This document shows, one piece after another, positions 1 through 9,549 of a stretch of 40,240 nucleotides of DNA. The stretch lies in the NCBI GenBank assembly GCA_943788985.1, contig CALSSJ010000003.1:1-40240 (forward strand). The letters run 5' to 3'. Under the pieces are notes generated by a model, which was given only the letters and a program-made list of their open reading frames with translations, had not been told where the DNA came from and made no database searches. Made by a program: the position numbers and the translations under genes. This DNA comes from an uncultured Lentisphaerales bacterium. GTDB lineage: Bacteria; Verrucomicrobiota; Lentisphaeria; JABSQK01; UBA12247. The stretch's first letter is position 1; each line of letters opens with the position of its first letter.

Positions 1-1
1 G

Positions 2-1714
2 GTGCGCGCCCACATACTGGTGGAACTCGGGCGCAGACCAGCGACCCGCAAACGGAGCGCGGACGAGGAGGGCCGCCAGACGACCCTCCAGATCGGCGAC
101 CTGGCTCTCGAGCGTCGCGCGCTGCTCGTCGAGTGCAGCGATGTCCGCGGCGGCAAGTTGGAGGGCCTGGCGCCAGCGCAATTGCGTCTGCTCGAGGCGG
201 GCCTGGAGCCCGGCGAGTTCCAGCTCGAGTTCGCGGTTGCGGAGCTGGAAGAGCGGTTGGTCGGCCGCCACCGCCTGCCCCGAGTCGGCCAGGATGGTCT
301 CGAGCTGGCCGGGCGTGGCGGGCACAACCATCATGTGACGGCGAGCCTGGACAACACCGGGCGCGCGAAACCGCGCCGGCGCCGGAATGACGGACAAGCC
401 CCAGACCGCCAGCAAGGCCACGCCAACGCAGACCGTCACGGCGCGAGCCCGGGTTCGCTCCAACTTCGGACTGCTGGACAAGTACTTGCAAAGGCGAACG
501 GTGGGAACCACACCCCAGGAGATCAAACAGACGGCGGCCATCAGCAACCCCGCGAGCAGGAAGCGGTCGGCGACAAAGAGGATGATGCCGGTGAAGACGA
601 CGACTCGGTAGATGCCGCTGAGAATGCCAAAGACGGTGAGCCAACACTTCTCGCGCCAGCTCTCCGCGGGGCTTTCCGAGCGCTCGCAGCCGAAAGCGTA
701 GCGCTCAACAAGATGGACGAGGTGACGGCGGCCCTGTTGGTGCAGATTGGGGACGTCCAGCAGGTCGGAGAGGATGTAGTAGCCGTCAAACCGGAGCAGT
801 GGGTTGACGTTGAACAGCACGGTGGAGACGGAGGCGATGAAGATCATGTTGTACGCAAGACCGTGCAGCGCCCCGGGCGCGGTATTGGCCCACACGAACA
901 CCGCCAGGGCGGCCACGAAGATCTCCACGATCATCCCGGCGGCGCCTACGTAGATCCGCCGCCAACGGTTGGAAAACGCCCAGGACGAAGAGGCGTCCAT
1001 GTAGGGAATGGGGGTGAAGACGAGCAGCATCACGCCCATGGTGTGGACCTCGCCGCCGTAGTGTCGGCAGACGATCGCATGGCCAAACTCGTGCAAGGTC
1101 TTGGTCAGCGCCAATGCCACGTAGAGCAAGGCCAGGTTGCCTGGCGCGAGGATTGCCTGGGACTGCTCCTGCAGCAGGTCCCAACGGTCGATCGCCACCT
1201 TGCCCGCGCCGCCGACCACGACGAACCACAGCAACCAGCCCAGCGGCCCGACGAAGGGCGCGGCAAACGGTCGCAGCGCGCGCAGCAAGTCGTCGGGGTC
1301 CAGCAGCGGAATGCGCGCGAACATGACCGATAGCAGGCGCGACTGGAGTTCGCGCTGGCGGCGTTTGCGGTAGCGTTCGAAGAGTTCCCGGCTGTCCGCA
1401 GGCGCGTCGTAGAGCAACAGGTTGGCATGGTAGAGCTGGGCCAGGAGTTGGATGACATCTTCCTGCCCTGGCGCGTCCTCCGGAAACTGCTCCACCACCT
1501 CTAGCCACACCTCCCGCACCGTCCGTTTCGGAGTCAGGCGAACGACAAACTCGTACGCCGCGGGCCGCAAGCGAAAGAACTGGTTGTTGTACGAATCCTG
1601 CAACACATACCACTTCTCGCCCCGGAAGAACTGCCGATGCGACAGCACATTCGGGCGCAGCGAGAGCCGCTGCTCGGCAACGCGATGCCAGGATTCACTG
1701 AAGGTACGGGGCAT
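2..1714 (-). CDS. Peptidase M50 (site-2 protease)-HlyD/MFP fusion with N-terminal PqqD-like region; 3' end runs off the window
   Basis: Not in the ORF track because it has no stop in the window. Manual translation from ATG 1714 gives MPRTFSESWHRVAEQRLSLRP..., HExxH (TKTLHEFGH), NVNPLLRFDGYY (M50 NxxPxxxxDG), several TM segments, then a coiled coil and the lipoyl half-motif LLVRAPFAG. Confidence 0.9.
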   Translation of the reverse strand, partial: MPRTFSESWHRVAEQRLSLRPNVLSHRQFFRGEKWYVLQDSYNNQFFRLRPAAYEFVVRLTPKRTVREVWLEVVEQFPEDAPGQEDVIQLLAQLYHANLLLYDAPADSRELFERYRKRRQRELQSRLLSVMFARIPLLDPDDLLRALRPFAAPFVGPLGWLLWFVVVGGAGKVAIDRWDLLQEQSQAILAPGNLALLYVALALTKTLHEFGHAIVCRHYGGEVHTMGVMLLVFTPIPYMDASSSWAFSNRWRRIYVGAAGMIVEIFVAALAVFVWANTAPGALHGLAYNMIFIASVSTVLFNVNPLLRFDGYYILSDLLDVPNLHQQGRRHLVHLVERYAFGCERSESPAESWREKCWLTVFGILSGIYRVVVFTGIILFVADRFLLAGLLMAAVCLISWGVVPTVRLCKYLSSSPKLERTRARAVTVCVGVALLAVWGLSVIPAPARFRAPGVVQARRHMMVVPATPGQLETILADSGQAVAADQPLFQLRNRELELELAGLQARLEQTQLRWRQALQLAAADIAALDEQRATLESQVADLEGRLAALLVRAPFAGRWSAPEFHQYVGAH

Positions 1715-1725
1715 AGGGAGGGGAC

Positions 1726-1760
1726 GAGTAGCGAGTAACGGGTAGCGGGTAGCGGGTAGC
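1726..1760. repeat. Intergenic heptamer tandem repeat, 5 units
   Basis: GAGTAGC GAGTAAC GGGTAGC GGGTAGC GGGTAGC read directly, 11 bp upstream of the M50 start codon. Confidence 0.85.
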
Positions 1761-1795
1761 GAAGGGCTACGGGGTCAAGTCAAGACCACCGCTCC

Positions 1796-3640
1796 CTAGA
1801 ACCAGAGGAGGAGTCGGAGGAAATCGACGGTGCGGCGGGAGAAGATCCAGAGGAGGGTGCGCTGGCCGCAGTCGATCTTGGCGACGCCGGTCATGCCTGG
1901 CCGCCACCAGCTTGCGGAGTCCGCAACCGCGGCGCAGCGGACGGTGACCGCGTTGCCCGCGTCGCTGGCCTGCGCCGAAGGCTCGATGGCGGCGACGGCG
2001 ATCGCAAACTTCTCCGCAGGCTGACTGGCAAAAGCAAGCTCGCCGGTGCTGGCGGCAGTGAGAAAATGGATGTCGCGCTCATCGACGGCCAGGTCGAAGT
2101 GAAGCTGGTCCAGCTGAGCCAGCTTGATGAGGACGTCGCCCTTGCGCACCGGGCTGCCAACGCGCTCGCGCAGGTCGCCCTCGACGACGACGCCCGCAAA
2201 GGGCGCTTGGACGACGGCCTGGGCAAGGCGGTGGCGAATGAGCCCGAGCCGGCTCTCCAACTCCTTGACGCTCGCCGCAGCAATGCGCATCTCGGCCAAT
2301 GCCGATTCGCCGCGGGCCTTTTCCACCTCGCGGCGGCGACGGAACAACTCGGCCTGTGCCGCGGCCTCTTCGAGGACCAGTTCGCGAGTGTCGAGGCTGA
2401 GCAGGAAGTCCCCGGCGCCGACTTCGTCGCCAGGCTCACAGGCTGCCTTGGCAATGTAGCCGTCGAGGGGCGCAGGGACGAAGACGACGTTGCGGCCTTT
2501 GACCGTGAAGGGCGCTTCGATCCGGAACGGACGCTGCACAAGGGTAAGGAAGACCAAGCCCGCACAAACGACCAGCGCCGCCAGTTTGGCGAAGGTGTGA
2601 CGCACGCCAAGGACCAAGCCCAGCTTGTCGCGCGTGTACGCCAGCAACCGCGAACCGAGCCAGCGGTCATGGCGTTGGAGGTCGGCCAGCGGACGAGCAG
2701 CCTGGTCGCAAACGAGGCGCAGGAGGCGGATGTCGTCATCGTCGTATGGTTGCTCGCGACGTTCGCAGAGGAGCGCGGCGACGGGTTCGCCGTCGAAACG
2801 AATAGGCATCGCCACGGCGTAATCCGCGCCGTTGGCGCGCAGGAATTGTTCCAGCTGCCGGACCACCGTGGTGCGGCCCGGCGGAGGCGGGTAGATGAGC
2901 TCCTCGTCCTGGTCGAGACACTCGTCGAGGACGCCTTCGATCTCGCGCACGCCGCTCATCTTGCGCTCGAACTTCTCCGTGTGGCTGATGGCCCGCAGGC
3001 GCACCTCGCGACCTTCGCACCAACCCAGCGAAACCCGTTGCGAACCGGTGCGCGAAGCAAGCTCGTTGCAGAGGGTCAGGGCGGAGGCGAGAAAGCGATC
3101 TTCGGCGTTGACCAGGACCATGAGGTCGAGGGTGGCGGCGAAGTTGCGCAGTTCGCCCGCTTGGTTCTGCTGGGCGCGCGCCACCGAGTAGGCATCCACA
3201 AGCAACGCGCACAGGCGCAAGCGCGCCAGGCGCTCGCACGCGACCTTTTTAACTGCCGTGTCGGTCCCCAGCACGAGCAAGGCCGGCGCCTGCTCTCCCG
3301 TGGCCGCCGGGGCGACGACATGGTAGTGCTGGCTTCGCCCGGACTCGTCCGGCAAACAAAGCGCTAGCCCGGCGTCCCCGTCTGCTTGCTTTGCGAACTC
3401 CGCAACACAGCGGGCGACGCGGGCGCTCTGGCCGTCGCCGAGGGACTCAGAAGGCCAGGCGGCTGCAACCCGCCATTGCTTGGCGACGTAGCTGGCGACG
3501 ACGGCCCATTCGCCGTCGCAGGCGCCGCAGACCGCGGCGAGGTAGGCGCGCCAGAAGTCCTCGGGCGCCCCGGTGTGGCGAAGTGCGTCGCGGAGGGCGT
3601 CTTCGGGCGAGGCGCTGGCGTGGGTGCTGTCGGCGACCAT
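1796..3640 (-). CDS. GAF-domain HlyD-family periplasmic adaptor (MFP)
   Basis: 614 aa. GAF-like region (LCNELASRTGSQRVSLGW, AMPIRFDGEPVAALLCER), one TM, lipoyl motifs VPAPLDGYI and VQAPFAGVV, and C-terminal WRPGMTGVAKI. Confidence 0.85.
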   Translation of the reverse strand: MVADSTHASASPEDALRDALRHTGAPEDFWRAYLAAVCGACDGEWAVVASYVAKQWRVAAAWPSESLGDGQSARVARCVAEFAKQADGDAGLALCLPDESGRSQHYHVVAPAATGEQAPALLVLGTDTAVKKVACERLARLRLCALLVDAYSVARAQQNQAGELRNFAATLDLMVLVNAEDRFLASALTLCNELASRTGSQRVSLGWCEGREVRLRAISHTEKFERKMSGVREIEGVLDECLDQDEELIYPPPPGRTTVVRQLEQFLRANGADYAVAMPIRFDGEPVAALLCERREQPYDDDDIRLLRLVCDQAARPLADLQRHDRWLGSRLLAYTRDKLGLVLGVRHTFAKLAALVVCAGLVFLTLVQRPFRIEAPFTVKGRNVVFVPAPLDGYIAKAACEPGDEVGAGDFLLSLDTRELVLEEAAAQAELFRRRREVEKARGESALAEMRIAAASVKELESRLGLIRHRLAQAVVQAPFAGVVVEGDLRERVGSPVRKGDVLIKLAQLDQLHFDLAVDERDIHFLTAASTGELAFASQPAEKFAIAVAAIEPSAQASDAGNAVTVRCAAVADSASWWRPGMTGVAKIDCGQRTLLWIFSRRTVDFLRLLLWF

Positions 3641-3648
3641 GGCGCGAC

Positions 3649-4638
3649 TCAGGGCAGCGCCAAGGCGCCGGTGGTCCCGGGCGTGGCCTTGCCGTCAGGG
3701 TTGGCGAAAGAGACTATGACCTGGCGGAGGCCGCTGGCCGCATCGACCACCGGGGCGAGGAACGACACTTCGCCCTCGATCACGGCGTCGCCGTCGGCAT
3801 GGGCGACGCGCACCTGCATGCTGGCCCCCGCCTGGATCGTCCGGGCAGCGGCGGGGGCGAGATGAACGACAAGATCGCAGCGGGACGCATCGACGACGGT
3901 CAGCACCGGCTCGCGCGGATCGCAGTACTCCCCGACATCAAGCAGGACCTTGCTGACGACGCCCGCCACAGGGCTCCGAACTTGCTTGCGCTCGAATTGC
4001 GCAAGGGCCATCTCGTATTCGAGCCGTTCGCGTTTCTCCACGATCTCGAGCTGGGCGATCCGGGCCTCGGCCTGAAGCTGCTCGTCCTCTTTCTGAGTGG
4101 CGGCCATCTCGTACTCGATCTTCTCGCGCGCCTCGGCAAGCTGGGCCTGCTGTTGCTCGGCTTGGACAAGACGATGGGCCAGCTCCTTTTCGTCGAGTTC
4201 TTCCTGACTGACAGACTTGGTGCGCTCGAAGACCTGGCGGGTGGCGTCGAGGTCGCGTTTGAGGGCCTTGACTCGCTCGGCGGCCGCTTCGACGGCGGAC
4301 TTGTCTTCCCAGACCAGCTTGCGCCGTTCGGGCTCGCGGTCGTGCTCGACGGCTTGCAGCTGCAGGCGCGCCGCTTCCAGCTCGACCTTGCTGTCGAAAA
4401 CCAGCTTGCGGCGCGCCATCTCGGCTTTCTCGAGGGCGTCGTCGAGCTGCGCGAGCAGGTCGCCGGTCTGCACGACATCGCCTTCCTCTACGAGCACCTT
4501 GCTGACGATCCCCGGCGTAAGGGCGCTGACATCGACCGTGGCCGCCGGTTCGATGATGCCGATGGCTTCACCGGCGCACGCGCCTATGGCGGCAACTGCC
4601 AGAATTCCGAGCCAGGCGATGTGCAGACCGGACCTCAT
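3649..4638 (-). CDS. Efflux RND/HlyD-type periplasmic adaptor subunit (MFP)
   Basis: Start moved to ATG 4638 (MRSGLHIAWLGILAVAA, signal-like), which overlaps the TolC stop as ATGA. Motifs GIVSKVLVEEGDVV, VRSPVAGVV, VSFLAPVVDAASG. Confidence 0.85.
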   Translation of the reverse strand: MRSGLHIAWLGILAVAAIGACAGEAIGIIEPAATVDVSALTPGIVSKVLVEEGDVVQTGDLLAQLDDALEKAEMARRKLVFDSKVELEAARLQLQAVEHDREPERRKLVWEDKSAVEAAAERVKALKRDLDATRQVFERTKSVSQEELDEKELAHRLVQAEQQQAQLAEAREKIEYEMAATQKEDEQLQAEARIAQLEIVEKRERLEYEMALAQFERKQVRSPVAGVVSKVLLDVGEYCDPREPVLTVVDASRCDLVVHLAPAAARTIQAGASMQVRVAHADGDAVIEGEVSFLAPVVDAASGLRQVIVSFANPDGKATPGTTGALALP

Positions 4639-6116
4639 GGGGTCACCGACACGTTGATGGCGCGAGTCTGCAGAAAGCTCCCCTCGGCGACCTCGAGGGA
4701 AAGGCGCGCGTTTTCGTACTCGACCAGGCTCTCCGCATAGGCGAGCTTGGCCTCGGCCAGGTCTTCTTCGGCTTCGAGGACGCGGCGGCTGTCGCTCTTG
4801 CCAGCCCGCAGGCGGTCCATCTCTGCGGCCAGGACGCGCTCGTTGAAGGAGGCCAACTCGGCCAGGGATTGTTGGTTGGCATAGGCGGTGTGGACGCGTT
4901 CGATGGCGGCATCGACAACGTTCTGGAGCTGGATGTCCACCGACTTCAGGCCGAGCAGGGCCTGCCGTTTGCGCAGGAGGGCTGCGTCGTATTCGGCCTC
5001 GGCCGGATCCTTGCCAAGCGGGACGCGGAACTCGACTCCTACGGCCCAAGTCTCGAAGTCGCGCCGCTCGAGGTCGTCCCAAGAGCTGGCCAAATCGTCG
5101 CCCAAGCCATTGAGGCCGAAGGAGGCGGTCAGATCCAACTGCGGCAACGTTTGGTTCTTGGCGTAGACGACCCGCAGCTCTTCCTGCTCGACCCGAATCT
5201 GCTGGAGGCGGAACTCCGGATGCAGCTCGCGGGCCAGGCGGACGCTGCGCTCGATGTCGGTGGCGGTCTCCTCTGCCGCCGGTCGATCGACGGGGCGCAA
5301 TGCGCCTGCGACGGTCAGGGCGGACTGGCCCGCAAGCGTGCGCATGCGGGCCACGGACTCGCGCCTTTGGTGACGGGCGTTGGCCAGGCGCGTGTTGCGG
5401 AGCTGGACGCCAGCCTGGGCTTGCAGCACGTCCAACTCGGACATCTTGCCGGCGCTCTTGCGCTCGGCGGCGTCGGCGGCGATCTGCGCGGCAGCCTTCA
5501 CCGAGTCGGCGTAGGTTTCACAACGAAGTTGGGCGAGGACCAAGCCCCAGTACTCCTGCTCGCCTTGGGCAACGACGGTGGCCAACTGACGGCGCAACTG
5601 TTCCGCGGCTGCTTCGGCTTGTTGTTCTGCAAGGTGCAGACGCGCCTCGGCGGCATCACGCCCGCGCCCTTTCAGCAAGGGCTGAACCAGGTTGACGCCG
5701 GCGAAGGAGACCCACTCGGAGTCGAAGTCGTTGAGGTTGTTGCGCCCGCGCTGCAACACATAGCCCACCCGGTAGCGCGTCCCGTAGGCCAAAAGTCCTT
5801 CGATCCCGGCATCGTGGTCGCTGCTGCGGGCGACGTACTCCGCAGCGAATAACTGGCTGCGTTGCTGCTCCACCGTGTTCGGTCGCTCGGCTTCGCTCCG
5901 CTCGGCGCCAGCGGTCAAATAGGGAGAGAAGGCCGCTTCTTCCAAGGCGACATTGAGGACGCTGATCTGTTCCTCGAGGCGCTGCGCCTTGACCTCGAAG
6001 TTTTGTTCCAGCACCACCGATACATACTCGGCCAGAGAGATGTTCTGGACCTCAGCCGCTTGGCTTGACGAGACAACGACACAGGCGATGAATGCGAAAA
6101 CGCGTTTCCAATGCAC
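4635..6116 (-). CDS. TolC-family outer membrane protein
   Basis: 493 aa, GTG start with GGAGG RBS, signal peptide, two OEP-like repeats (LVQPLLKGRG; LPQLDLTASFGLNG; LEAEEDL). Confidence 0.9.
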   Translation of the reverse strand: MHWKRVFAFIACVVVSSSQAAEVQNISLAEYVSVVLEQNFEVKAQRLEEQISVLNVALEEAAFSPYLTAGAERSEAERPNTVEQQRSQLFAAEYVARSSDHDAGIEGLLAYGTRYRVGYVLQRGRNNLNDFDSEWVSFAGVNLVQPLLKGRGRDAAEARLHLAEQQAEAAAEQLRRQLATVVAQGEQEYWGLVLAQLRCETYADSVKAAAQIAADAAERKSAGKMSELDVLQAQAGVQLRNTRLANARHQRRESVARMRTLAGQSALTVAGALRPVDRPAAEETATDIERSVRLARELHPEFRLQQIRVEQEELRVVYAKNQTLPQLDLTASFGLNGLGDDLASSWDDLERRDFETWAVGVEFRVPLGKDPAEAEYDAALLRKRQALLGLKSVDIQLQNVVDAAIERVHTAYANQQSLAELASFNERVLAAEMDRLRAGKSDSRRVLEAEEDLAEAKLAYAESLVEYENARLSLEVAEGSFLQTRAINVSVTP

Positions 6117-6323
6117 GATCGACCTCCAGGATACTGACTTGTGGGTTACAATGGGCGATGCTCTGCGTTGGCCGATTTCGGCCAGAGGGCCGAACCTACG
6201 CGAAGACGGGCGTTTTTCAAGAGCGTCAGATGGGAGGAATATGCTAGCCGAGTCATCAAGAGGCTGGCTGACTTGTAAGAGGCTCCCTTCGGTCGCTCAG
6301 CGTCAGGTCTTCGGTCCTCGCCT

Positions 6324-6900
6324 TTGGCCGTTCTTCCCGTCTCCGGAAGCGCTCTGCGCACGCCGCAAACCGACCGGGTGCATGGCGTTCAGAAGCGGAT
6401 TGTCCCGGACATGCTGCCCGACGGGCAAGAGGCTCAGAAACGATGGCTGACTGAGTTCGAGTACGCTCGCAACGGCACGATCGACGTGTTCGCCTTCCTT
6501 CACATAAGCACGGGGAACGTCCACATGTCGTGCCAGAACGACCACAAGAAGAAGACGTCCATTGCGGAGTTTTGCGCGCATGTCGGAGAACAGCCGGTCG
6601 GCGTCCAGCTTGACTACGTGATGGACAATCTCGCCAGCCATTGCTCCTACGACTTCTGCGTGGAAGTTGCGCGACTGAGCAATGTGGCGTGTCCGCCGGA
6701 GAACAAGCTTTCGAATCCGCAACTGCGTCGCGAATGGCTTGAGAAAGACGACAAGCGGATCGTGTTGCACTTCACGCCGTTCCACGGGTCATGGCTGAAC
6801 CCGGTGGAGATTTTCTTCCGGATCATGGGGCAGATGTGCCTGAAAGACAGCTATGACAGTCCCAGCCACTTGTGCGCAGCGCTGCTTGAGTTCGGGGAAA
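6324..6900 (+). mobile_element. IS630-family transposase remnant (5' truncated; 3' end cut by the IS91 end)
   Basis: EFEYARNGT, VMDNLASH and LHFTPFHGSWLNPVE are IS630 DDE motifs. The HTH and first Asp are absent, and similarity stops at 6900. Confidence 0.8.
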
Positions 6901-6942
6901 CTGATAGGAAATTGCTTTTTCCCGATACAGCCAAGATACGCT
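6899..6942 (-). mobile_element. IS91-family oriIS-like terminus, copy 1
   Basis: Minus strand reads AAAAAGCAATTTCCTATCAGTT, with the TTCCTAT core of IS91/ISCR oriIS, about 200 bp downstream of an IS91 transposase stop. 40/44 identical to 19403-19446. Confidence 0.75.
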
Positions 6943-6989
6943 GACGGGATGAGGTATTCAAGGAAACGGGGCGGAGACGGCGAAGAAAC

Positions 6990-7035
6990 GGAAGGGAGGA
7001 CGGCCGGGCCAGCTGGCCCGGCCGTCCTCCCTTCC
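6990..7035. repeat. Perfect 46-bp spacerless palindrome
   Basis: GGAAGGGAGGACGGCCGGGCCAG followed directly by its exact reverse complement CTGGCCCGGCCGTCCTCCCTTCC. Confidence 0.95.
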
Positions 7036-7127
7036 TGCTGCGTGCCGATATTCCGCGCAGATAGGTGTTTTGGAGGTAGAATACGCGAATTTGAGCATTG
7101 AGATACCGTCTTCCTGACGGGGCGCTT

Positions 7128-7526
7128 TTAGAAACCCATCAGAAACTCGTCGAAGTCTACATACTCAACTTCCAGCTCAAATTCACTAGCGGCGGCTGGC
7201 TTGGGTGGCGCCCTGGGCGGGTAATCATTCCATAGCTGACAGTGCTTGAGAATACGCTCAATGACATCGGCCTGGTCCTTCTGCTCAACGAACGCGACGA
7301 TAGTCATCGCGCCGCCACATTGGGGACAGCACAATGGATCTACTTCGTAAACTCGTTTAATCAGCGCCGACCAGCGCATACGGCATAATTTACGATACGG
7401 CGTATCGCTCTCATCGGTGGTGAGGGGCTCAAGGCCATTAGACTGCTTTGCCTTTGCCTGTTCTGCGGCCTTGGCGCGCATGCCGCGAGCCTTATTTGAA
7501 TACCAGCCGTAATAGCGAACTGTCTG
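7128..7526 (-). mobile_element. IS91-family (Y2/HUH rolling-circle) transposase, C-terminal fragment
   Basis: QTVRYYGWYSNKARG and WSALIKRVYEVDPLCCPQCGGAMTIVAFV. Upstream of ~7526 the ORF-track translation is only antisense to the GH116 fragment. Confidence 0.85.
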
Positions 7527-9375
7527 CGGCACCGTGTACACGAGTGGAGGTGGCCGACTCTTCGTCTGGAACATTTGGAGTAGTGGCCATATGGGCGTGT
7601 TGCCGCAGGCCCTCCCTCTGCCCAAGGGCTATCCGGGCTTCAGAAAGAACAAAAATGTGACTGTCGTTGCTGGTGCCACCTAGCTGAACCCGCAGACGGT
7701 CGAACAGTTTACACCACCCTTTTCGTAGGGTTTTGGGATCCGAACGCTGGCCGGCCCAGTGCGCACCTTCCAAAGCGCCGACTGGGAGTCAGTCGAGTTT
7801 ACGCGGACCTGGCCAGTGGGCTCAGTGTCGTAAAAGGATGCCAAGAGTCCGATTCACGCTGAATTGAAAGGCTACTCGCCCTTTGTTCCATTGAATCTGG
7901 AAGATTCAGCGATCCCGATCACGGTCATGAACTACACCTTGACCAATGTCTCAGCGGAGCCGGTAACCGCCGAGTTGGTCGGCTGGCTTGAGAAAATGAG
8001 CCATTCGCCCAGAAAAGTCCTGGCGGGCGAGTTCGCCAGCCAGCCAGAACTGACCACGCTGAGCCACCGCTGCGCGATGCGAGTTCCAACTCAAACTCGA
8101 GGACGCAAGAAGAAAGGACATGTTCGCCCGTCGGTTTTCCACAATGGAACGATGACGCTATCCTATCTGGGATCTGGCGCCCAGACGACCGATGGCGAGA
8201 TCCCAGGAATAGCCGCCGACCTGATCTTGGAGCCTGGCGAAAGCCGATCCTTCACCTTCCTGATTTCCTGGCACTTTCCGGTGGTGCGGATTAAGGGACA
8301 GTACGGTACCAAGACCATTCCGTTCAAGAACGAGTACATGTACCGCTTTGAGGACGCGAATGCAGTCGCGAAGCATGTTGCGGAGAACTACGAGACTCTG
8401 TCTGCCCAGACCAGACGATGGCCCGCCTATTCCCCCCACTCGAGCAAAATCTGCGGACCAAAACAGACTTTGGCGTTGCCCATTTTCCCAATGGTATCGT
8501 CCCCTGCCGCGCGAAGATGGAAAGCGGCGAAGGCGGCGGGATTGCCATCGATGGCCAGTGCGGCAAGGTGCTGCGCGCCTATCGCGAGCATCTCACCAGC
8601 GCGGACGATGCCTATCTGAAAGAGTACTGGCCCAAGATCAAGCTCGCGCTCGGATACCTGATTGACTTCGACCGCAATGACGAAGATTTTGACGGCTTGC
8701 TGCACGGCAAGCAGCATAACACCTAGGATGCAGCGATCAGCTCGCTCTATACTGCGGCATTGCGTGCCGGTGAAGACATGGTCAAGCGAGTCGAGGACAC
8801 CGAGTTCGAGGCGCTATGTCGCGACCTCTTCGACAAAGGCAGCAAGAACATCGAGGCCCTGTACAACGGCGAATACTACGTCCAAGAAGAGGACCCAGCC
8901 CACCCCGATGCCATCGGCGTCAGCCAAGGCGAATACATCGCTCAAGTAATCGAGCAGTTCTGGGCCAATCAGCTGGGGCGCGGGCGGTTGCACAACCAAG
9001 ACCACATTCAGTCCGCACTCAACGCCCTGTGGAAGCACAACTTTGTGACCGATGTCGCCGCCTTTCGGGAGACCTTCCGCAAAGGACGGTTCTACGCCTG
9101 CGACGGTGATGCCGGTTTGATCATGTGCAGCTGGCCCAACGGCGGGATCCGTGACGATTTCATGAACCACTCGCAACACGACTACTTCAACGAATGCATG
9201 AGCGGGTTCGAGTATCAGGCTGCGGCCCAAATGATCGCCGAAGGAACGCCGAAACTGATCACCCAGGGTCTGGCAATCACGCGCGCCATTCATGACCGCT
9301 ACGCACCGAAGAAGCGCAACCCTTACAACGAGTTCGAGTGCTCGGATCACTACGCTCGGGCCATGGCGTCCCATG
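7525..9375 (+). pseudogene. GH116-family glycoside hydrolase pseudogene
   Basis: Fragments across several frames: CGTVYTSGGGRLFVWNI, YSPFVPLNLEDSAIP, TFLISWHFP, AIDGQCGKVLRAYREH, QHNT*D, YFNECMSGFEYQAA, RNPYNEFECSDHYARAMAS. Contains stops, frameshifts and deletions, and both ends are missing. Confidence 0.85.
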
Positions 9376-9505
9376 CCAGATGCTCCGGCCCAATTCCGTG
9401 GCTATGTCGCTCAAATAAAAGTCCGAGCGCATTGTAGAACTTCTCAGCGCGATCAAGATCCACTGAGCGGATAACGACGAGATTTAGTAATGGAGGGCTT
9501 TGCAT
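9376..9505 (-). pseudogene. VOC/glyoxalase-family protein, N-terminal fragment
   Basis: MQSPPLLNLVVIRSVDLDRAEKFYNALGLLFERHSHGIGPEHLA, truncated where it abuts the GH116 fragment. Confidence 0.7.
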
Positions 9506-9549
9506 AAATTTTTCTTGGCTAAACCCAGAAATCACCCCTGACTCCGCGG

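Noticed and set aside
2..5852. Long plus-strand ORFs (2-1333, 2066-3367, 3391-4740, 4869-5852)
   Set aside because: Antisense shadows of high-GC minus-strand genes with no recognisable motifs.
9376..9540. VOC gene as an integron cassette
   Set aside because: The upstream GTTTAGCC does not fit GTTRRRY, no attC hairpin was found and there is no integron integrase.
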